Shown piece by piece: positions 59,130-64,000 of a DNA stretch of 64,000 bases (position 1 is the stretch's first letter; every line of letters starts with the position of its first letter). The translations under genes were made by a program, and so were the position numbers. The notes under the pieces were generated by a model, which saw only the letters and a list, made by a program, of their open reading frames with translations, ran no database searches and had not been told where the DNA came from. The DNA comes from Trueperaceae bacterium (lineage in GTDB: Bacteria; Deinococcota; Deinococci; Deinococcales; Trueperaceae), in the NCBI GenBank assembly GCA_965213705.1, contig OZ243913.1:1152001-1216000 (forward strand), given 5' to 3'.

Positions 59130-60002
59130 TTACCCCTTAACTCCCGAGAGTGTGAAGCTCTCAACGATTTGTCGCTGAGCTAGGACGTAGACGATAAGCA
59201 CCGGAATGACGGAAAGAGTTGTGGCAGCCAGTTGGAGGTTCCATATAGGCAGGCCATACGTGTCGTTGTAGTTGTTGAGGGAAAGAGGCAAGGTAAACAG
59301 TTTTAGATCGTTTACAAAAACAAGAGGTTCTAAAAAAAGGTTCCAACTGTAAAGAAACGAAAGAATCGCCAAAGCACCGATAGCTGGCCGCGCGATGGGT
59401 AAGGCGATACGCCAAAAAGTCCCAAAGCGGTTGAGGCCATCGATCATGGCAGCGTCTTCGATTTCTTGGGGTAGGCTGAGAAAAAATTGTCGCATGAGAA
59501 AGGTACCGACGACCCCGTTCGCTCCAAAAACAGGTAAGAGAATGAGCGGAACGTGCGTGTCCACGAGGCCGAGGGACGACATCAGGAAAAAGTTCGGGAT
59601 AATGGTGACTTCAGTCGGCATCATCAGGGCACTGAGCAAGGCCAAGAAAATGAAGGTTTTGCCCCTGAACTTTATGCGCGCGAAAGCGTAACCGGCCAAG
59701 GAAGACACAAAAATCGTGCCGGCTGTGACGATGACGGCGATGTAGAGGCTGTTGAAGTAGTGCCGGGCAAACGGTTGGTAGGCAAAAACGTCGACGAAAT
59801 TCTGCCAGCGCCAGGTCGTGGGTAGCAAGGTGGGAGGGAAAGTAAAAATCTCGGTTGCAGACTTGAACGAACTGGTTATCATCCACCAAAACGGAAAGAT
59901 GAAGGGAATGCTGAGAAGCGCGAGTGAGACGTACCACAAAGCTGTAATGCTTGAGCGCCTGAACCTAGCACGACCTTTGGTTCCCTGGCGAACTCTCGTC
60001 AT
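59130..60002 (-). CDS. Carbohydrate ABC permease
   Basis: EDAAMIDG, SWN.FL.PL, SGVKG; ATG 60002 overlaps the upstream stop. Confidence 0.9.
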   Translation of the reverse strand: MTRVRQGTKGRARFRRSSITALWYVSLALLSIPFIFPFWWMITSSFKSATEIFTFPPTLLPTTWRWQNFVDVFAYQPFARHYFNSLYIAVIVTAGTIFVSSLAGYAFARIKFRGKTFIFLALLSALMMPTEVTIIPNFFLMSSLGLVDTHVPLILLPVFGANGVVGTFLMRQFFLSLPQEIEDAAMIDGLNRFGTFWRIALPIARPAIGALAILSFLYSWNLFLEPLVFVNDLKLFTLPLSLNNYNDTYGLPIWNLQLAATTLSVIPVLIVYVLAQRQIVESFTLSGVKG

Positions 60003-60928
60003 TCGGCCGCCCTCTGACGCAAGAACCACTGAACAATAGTAAGTGCGAGGGTGATGAAAAAGAGGATGACGGCGATGGTGCTCGCATACCCTGTTGCGAA
60101 GAAACGAAACCCTTGCTGGTAGATATAAAAAACGAGAACGAGAGTGGCGTTCGAGGGGCCGCCCGCCGTCATAAGCAGAATATGGTCGAAAACCTGAAGC
60201 GAACCGATGATGGTGATGACAGTAATGAGCAAGGTGGTGGGCGCAAGGAGGGGCAATTTTATTAGGAACAGGGTTTGCCACGCGCTTGCGCCATCTACAT
60301 GAGCGGCGTCACTATACTCTTTGGAAATGCTCTTAATGGCTGCGAGGTAGATGATGATGTTGAGACCAACGTTTTTCAAGACCCGCGTAAAGATGACGGC
60401 GACCATAGCCCAACTTGGCTCACGCAACCAGTTTGGGCCCGCAATGCCTACCAAAGCTAGCATTTGGTTAACAGTACCTTGCTCGCCCTGAAGCATAAAG
60501 CGCCACACAATAGCCCAGGCCACGGCGGACGTCACGACCGGAGCAAAAAAGAGCGTGCGAAAGAAGGTTACCCCAGGTAGTTGACGCGCCAAGAGAAGGG
60601 CAAGGGTTAGGGCGAGGACGATGTTGAAAGGAACGAGGCCAGCTGTAAAGACCAGCGTGTTGACTAGAACCTTTCGGAACACGGGGTCTTGTAAAAAGGC
60701 GCGTTGGAAATTCTCAAGCGCGACAAAGGTGCTTGTACCCGTCAACAGGTTGCGTTGGTGCAGGCTGTAGTAAAAAACAGCGACAAGCGGACCGACCACG
60801 AAGAGAATAAATCCAATGACTTGCGGTGATATAAACAGATAACCGAAAAAAGCATCCTGACGAGCTAAAGAAAAGCCTCTATTTTTGCGAACTGTGGCTC
60901 TGACGTGCGGTCTGTTCTTGCTGGTCAT
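59999..60928 (-). CDS. Carbohydrate ABC permease
   Basis: FRTLFFAP, DAAHVDGA, QVFD....T.GGP. Confidence 0.9.
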   Translation of the reverse strand: MTSKNRPHVRATVRKNRGFSLARQDAFFGYLFISPQVIGFILFVVGPLVAVFYYSLHQRNLLTGTSTFVALENFQRAFLQDPVFRKVLVNTLVFTAGLVPFNIVLALTLALLLARQLPGVTFFRTLFFAPVVTSAVAWAIVWRFMLQGEQGTVNQMLALVGIAGPNWLREPSWAMVAVIFTRVLKNVGLNIIIYLAAIKSISKEYSDAAHVDGASAWQTLFLIKLPLLAPTTLLITVITIIGSLQVFDHILLMTAGGPSNATLVLVFYIYQQGFRFFATGYASTIAVILFFITLALTIVQWFLRQRAAE

Positions 60929-60965
60929 CTACGTCCCTTTCAAAGAGCGGACGAAACAGTGAGAA

Positions 60966-60996
60966 ACCAGAGTGAGCTTTGTTGGCTCACTCTGGT
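60966..60996. terminator. Intercistronic hairpin after the SBP gene
   Basis: ACCAGAGTGAGC-N7-GCTCACTCTGGT, 12-bp perfect stem. Confidence 0.65.
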
Positions 60997-61002
60997 AACG
61001 CT

Positions 61003-62283
61003 CTACCTTGCAGTCAGAAGTGGGTTGATGGCGTTGCAGACCTCTGAAAGGACTGCCTGCACGTCCACGTCAGGGCGCCACAGGGAATCGAAAACAGGTC
61101 TGGCCGTCGCGTCGATCTGCGGAAAGTTTGGATGTGAGGGAATGACTGAGCCTTGGGCGATACCGTCAGCAATGATAGTCATGTCTTCTGCCGAGACAAG
61201 GGGGTTGCTGTCTAAAAAACTACTGGACTCGAGGACGGATAGCCGCGCCGGGGGAAAGTAGGCGGCCATCGTTGCCACATTCTCCGCGCGCGTCATGAAC
61301 TTAACGAACTCTGCCGCCAGTTCGCGGTTCTTCGCATTTTGAAATACGACAATGGCTGCCTGACCTATAATGGGCGCGTCGCCTGCCGGACCGCTGGGCA
61401 GAGGAGCGATGCCCCATTCGAAAGAAGCGTCAACTAGCTGGGCCGCGCGGCTGAGCTGACTGATGGTCAGGGCGGAACGGCCTGAGAAGAAACCGGCCTG
61501 CTCCCCGGGCGGTACGACACTTCGGTCCTCAAAAACCATGTTGTGGAAAAGCTGTGTAGCTGAAACGGCCTCGGGACTGTCGAGCTGGCACTCGGTACCT
61601 TCGCTATTCCACGCATCGGCCCCGTAAGCGCGCAGTAAAGGGGTGATGGTGACCCACACGCGCGGACCAAAGCCTTCACCGTCCGTCGTCTCGAAACCGT
61701 AGGTACCTGCGGGGGTTGCGTCCGCTGTGGCTTTAGCAACTTCGGCTAACTTTTCCCAGGTCCATTCGCCGTTTGCGGCGAGTTCGGCAGGTGTAGGCAC
61801 GCCCGCAGCCTCGAACATGTCACGGTTGAAGTAGGTAAAGAATGGAGAGGTCGAGAAAGGAATGCCGTAAACGGCGTCATCCTTGACCCAAAGTTGCAGG
61901 GAGGTCTCGGAAAAATCGGCGAAATTATAGCCTGGGTCGTTTCTCAGAACGGAAGCTAGGTCTGTCAGGACCCCAGCGTCAACGAAGGTGGGTGCGGCCG
62001 CTTCGGCGAGCCAACCCAGGTCAGGCGGATTGCCCCCAGCAAGTTGAATTGTTACTTTTTCGACGTAATCCCCAAACGGAATCACGTCGAGCTGAACGTC
62101 GACGTTGGGGTGTTCCTGTTTGAACGACTCGGCGAATCCATTTAGCATGTCGAGGTGCGCTTGGTTGCCGCTCCAGATGGTAAAACGAAGCGTCGTGGGT
62201 TGGTCTTGTGCAATCCCGAACCCTAACAGCAACGACAAACCCAGAATAATGACGCGCTGACCGTACCTTACAGTTTTCCGCAT
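61003..62283 (-). CDS. Sugar ABC substrate-binding protein
   Basis: Signal peptide, AGG..PDL, YGIP, FN.DMF..AG, WTW..L; SD GGAGG. Confidence 0.9.
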   Translation of the reverse strand: MRKTVRYGQRVIILGLSLLLGFGIAQDQPTTLRFTIWSGNQAHLDMLNGFAESFKQEHPNVDVQLDVIPFGDYVEKVTIQLAGGNPPDLGWLAEAAAPTFVDAGVLTDLASVLRNDPGYNFADFSETSLQLWVKDDAVYGIPFSTSPFFTYFNRDMFEAAGVPTPAELAANGEWTWEKLAEVAKATADATPAGTYGFETTDGEGFGPRVWVTITPLLRAYGADAWNSEGTECQLDSPEAVSATQLFHNMVFEDRSVVPPGEQAGFFSGRSALTISQLSRAAQLVDASFEWGIAPLPSGPAGDAPIIGQAAIVVFQNAKNRELAAEFVKFMTRAENVATMAAYFPPARLSVLESSSFLDSNPLVSAEDMTIIADGIAQGSVIPSHPNFPQIDATARPVFDSLWRPDVDVQAVLSEVCNAINPLLTAR

Positions 62284-62344
62284 TCTTTACCTCCGCAATG
62301 AGAATGAGTTAAATTTATTGGCTTCGGTTTACTGTACCGGTCGT

Positions 62345-63397
62345 TTAGGCGCTCCCTCCTGTTCTTGGGGGACCGGATGTCCGTCCCTTAATGAAAGTGC
62401 ATGGCAGCGTGACGCTTCGGGCATCTATTTGCTTCGCCTCGAGGATTTCGATAAGCAAGCGAACCGCGTGACGACCCATGTCGCGTCGTGGAATTTTGAA
62501 GGTAGTCCAGTCTGGAACATCTTCCGTGGACTCGAGGGGATCGCCTAAAACAGCGAGAGAAAAATCTCGTGGTGGCCGCAAACCTCGTTTTTCCGCTAGG
62601 CGCATCAGCGGTTTGGCAAGCATGTCGTCCTCGACAACAAATGCCGTGATGCCCTGCCGAAGCCATTCCTCAATTTGCTCTATAGTCAGCGCTTCGGGAA
62701 GTACGTGACGTCGATAATCAGAGACCAGTGGAATATCACAGTGCCGGTACGCAGCCTCAAAGCCCTGTTGGCGATCAACAACGGGTTCATGGATGTTTTG
62801 CGAACCGAGCATCAGAATCTTTCTGTGGCCGAAGTCGAAAAGGTACTTCACAACTTCTGACGTGGCTGCGGCGTAGTCTGCTGCCGAATAAACAATCTGC
62901 CTGTTTGGCACACTGCGCCTTCCGACATGGACGAAAGGATAGCCGTCGTCAAGGAGCTGAGTAATTTCGCTCTTGTCTTTCTCGCGGCCTATTAGAATTG
63001 ATCCATCAGCCACCTGCAACCTGTTCATGCCGTTGTTGTAAATTCGCCGCTTCCCATCAGGAGTATGAGTGCTTGTAAACAAAAGCAGGTCGTAGCCCAG
63101 TTTTTCGGACTCTTCCTCGATGCCCAGGAGAAACGGATGATAAAAGCTTTGCTGATCTACAGGAAAGATTGATTCGTGCGTAAAAACACCTAAGATTCGG
63201 TTTTGTCCTAGTGCAAGGCTACGTGCTACCGGGTTGGGAACGTAGCCAAGCTCCCGGACAGCCGCTAAGACTCGAGATTCTGTCTCAGGACTTACGCGGA
63301 TGCTAGAACCAGGCTTGTTGTTAACCACTTTGGAAACGACTGCGGTAGAGACGTTGGCTCGCCTCGCAACATCTGTCAACTTGGTTCGCTTCCTCAC
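62345..63397 (-). CDS. LacI family transcriptional regulator
   Basis: L.DVAR.ANVS.A.VS.V.N, LGY.PN..AR.L; SD AAGGAG before GTG. Confidence 0.92.
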   Translation of the reverse strand: MRKRTKLTDVARRANVSTAVVSKVVNNKPGSSIRVSPETESRVLAAVRELGYVPNPVARSLALGQNRILGVFTHESIFPVDQQSFYHPFLLGIEEESEKLGYDLLLFTSTHTPDGKRRIYNNGMNRLQVADGSILIGREKDKSEITQLLDDGYPFVHVGRRSVPNRQIVYSAADYAAATSEVVKYLFDFGHRKILMLGSQNIHEPVVDRQQGFEAAYRHCDIPLVSDYRRHVLPEALTIEQIEEWLRQGITAFVVEDDMLAKPLMRLAEKRGLRPPRDFSLAVLGDPLESTEDVPDWTTFKIPRRDMGRHAVRLLIEILEAKQIDARSVTLPCTFIKGRTSGPPRTGGSA

Positions 63398-63410
63398 TGC
63401 CGCTGACTCC

Positions 63411-63480
63411 TTAACCGATAAAGCGGTTAATCTGCTTTGATTATGCGCTTAATCTTACGAGGCATTTTTATTTTTGTCAA
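63411..63480 (-). promoter_or_regulatory. Promoter with tandem LacI-type operators
   Basis: TTGACA-17-TAAGAT (63480-63452); GATTATGCGCTTAATC (63439-63454) and TTAACCG-N6-CGGTTAA (63411-63430). Confidence 0.72.
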
Positions 63481-63660
63481 GCATCTATCCCTGCGGGGGA
63501 CTGCTACAGAACTGTCTTGTGATTGAGCCCAAGCTCAGTGTGGAGGTCGACTGGAAAACGTGATAGCTAAAGGGCTATCTTTCCCAACCCTTGTCCTTTA
63601 GTGCAAAGATATAGAATAATTGTCGTAAAATCGCTCAGTACCAAAGTCAAGGGAGTCATA

Positions 63661-64000
63661 ATGCAAAAGTTAATCCACCGTTTTGCAATAGTCGCTCTTT
63701 TAGCAGCAACTGTCGCTTCTGCTCAAGACACAGCGACACCTGTAACGCTACCAGAGGCGGTGACGTTTAGCCAAGTCCTGGATCTCACCCAGCCGATGTA
63801 TGACGGGATGCCGTTCTGGCCCGGCGGGGTTCCATTTACAATGACGCGCCTTGTCGACTACGCGGAGGGAGGCTACCGCCTTCACAAATTCGAAGTAGGA
63901 GAAAATACCGGAACACATATAGATGCACCCTCTCATTTTATTGAGGGCGGCACCCCGATAGAAAACATTGCTCTCAACCAGCTCGTCACTCCGGCAGTGG
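63661..64000 (+). CDS. Secreted cyclase/kynurenine-formamidase-family metal hydrolase, 3'-truncated by window edge
   Basis: ATG 63661 with SD AGGGAG; signal peptide ...TVASA-Q; DLT.P....P.WPG and ENTGTHIDAPSHF. Not in the supplied ORF track because it runs off the window. Confidence 0.85.
   Translation, partial: MQKLIHRFAIVALLAATVASAQDTATPVTLPEAVTFSQVLDLTQPMYDGMPFWPGGVPFTMTRLVDYAEGGYRLHKFEVGENTGTHIDAPSHFIEGGTPIENIALNQLVTPAV

Overview
GC-rich bacterial chromosomal window, probably from the Deinococcota (Truepera-like). This is an inference from many leaderless TANNNT-N5/6-ATG starts, a Uma2 gene and strong CTCGAG over-representation. Left to right: (1) the 3' part of an RCC1/cadherin/Ig surface-protein gene; (2) a metallothionein-dodecin-phosphoribosyltransferase-erythromycin-esterase-family cluster; (3) a ~21-kb surface-glycan locus with a complete pseudaminic-acid pathway (pseBCFGHI), tailoring genes (formyltransferase, PIG-L deacetylase, PhaB-like reductase), Wzx, a KpsS-like transferase, a Wzy-like protein, two GT4s and two O-antigen-ligase/OTase-like proteins, one fused to the initiating phosphoglycosyl transferase; (4) deoC-vapBC-ALDH16-Uma2; (5) a co-oriented array of short immunity-like hypothetical genes; (6) a decayed zone with pseudogenes, a Tn3 remnant and a MarR unit; (7) an intact 2.3-kb IS1595-family element carrying an RHH gene that shares an exact 19-bp promoter box with the transposase, plus a passenger winged-helix gene whose structured leader is overlapped by a predicted antisense sRNA (the most unusual module seen); (8) a heterodimeric ABC exporter; (9) a ycj-like GH63 sugar island bracketed by diverged direct gene copies, one interrupted by a 123-bp MITE-like insert; (10) a second, lower-GC LacI/ABC/FAD-oxidoreductase island and the start of a secreted cyclase-family gene. 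No rRNA, tRNA or CRISPR array was seen. All family calls come from motif recognition by eye, not from database searches.
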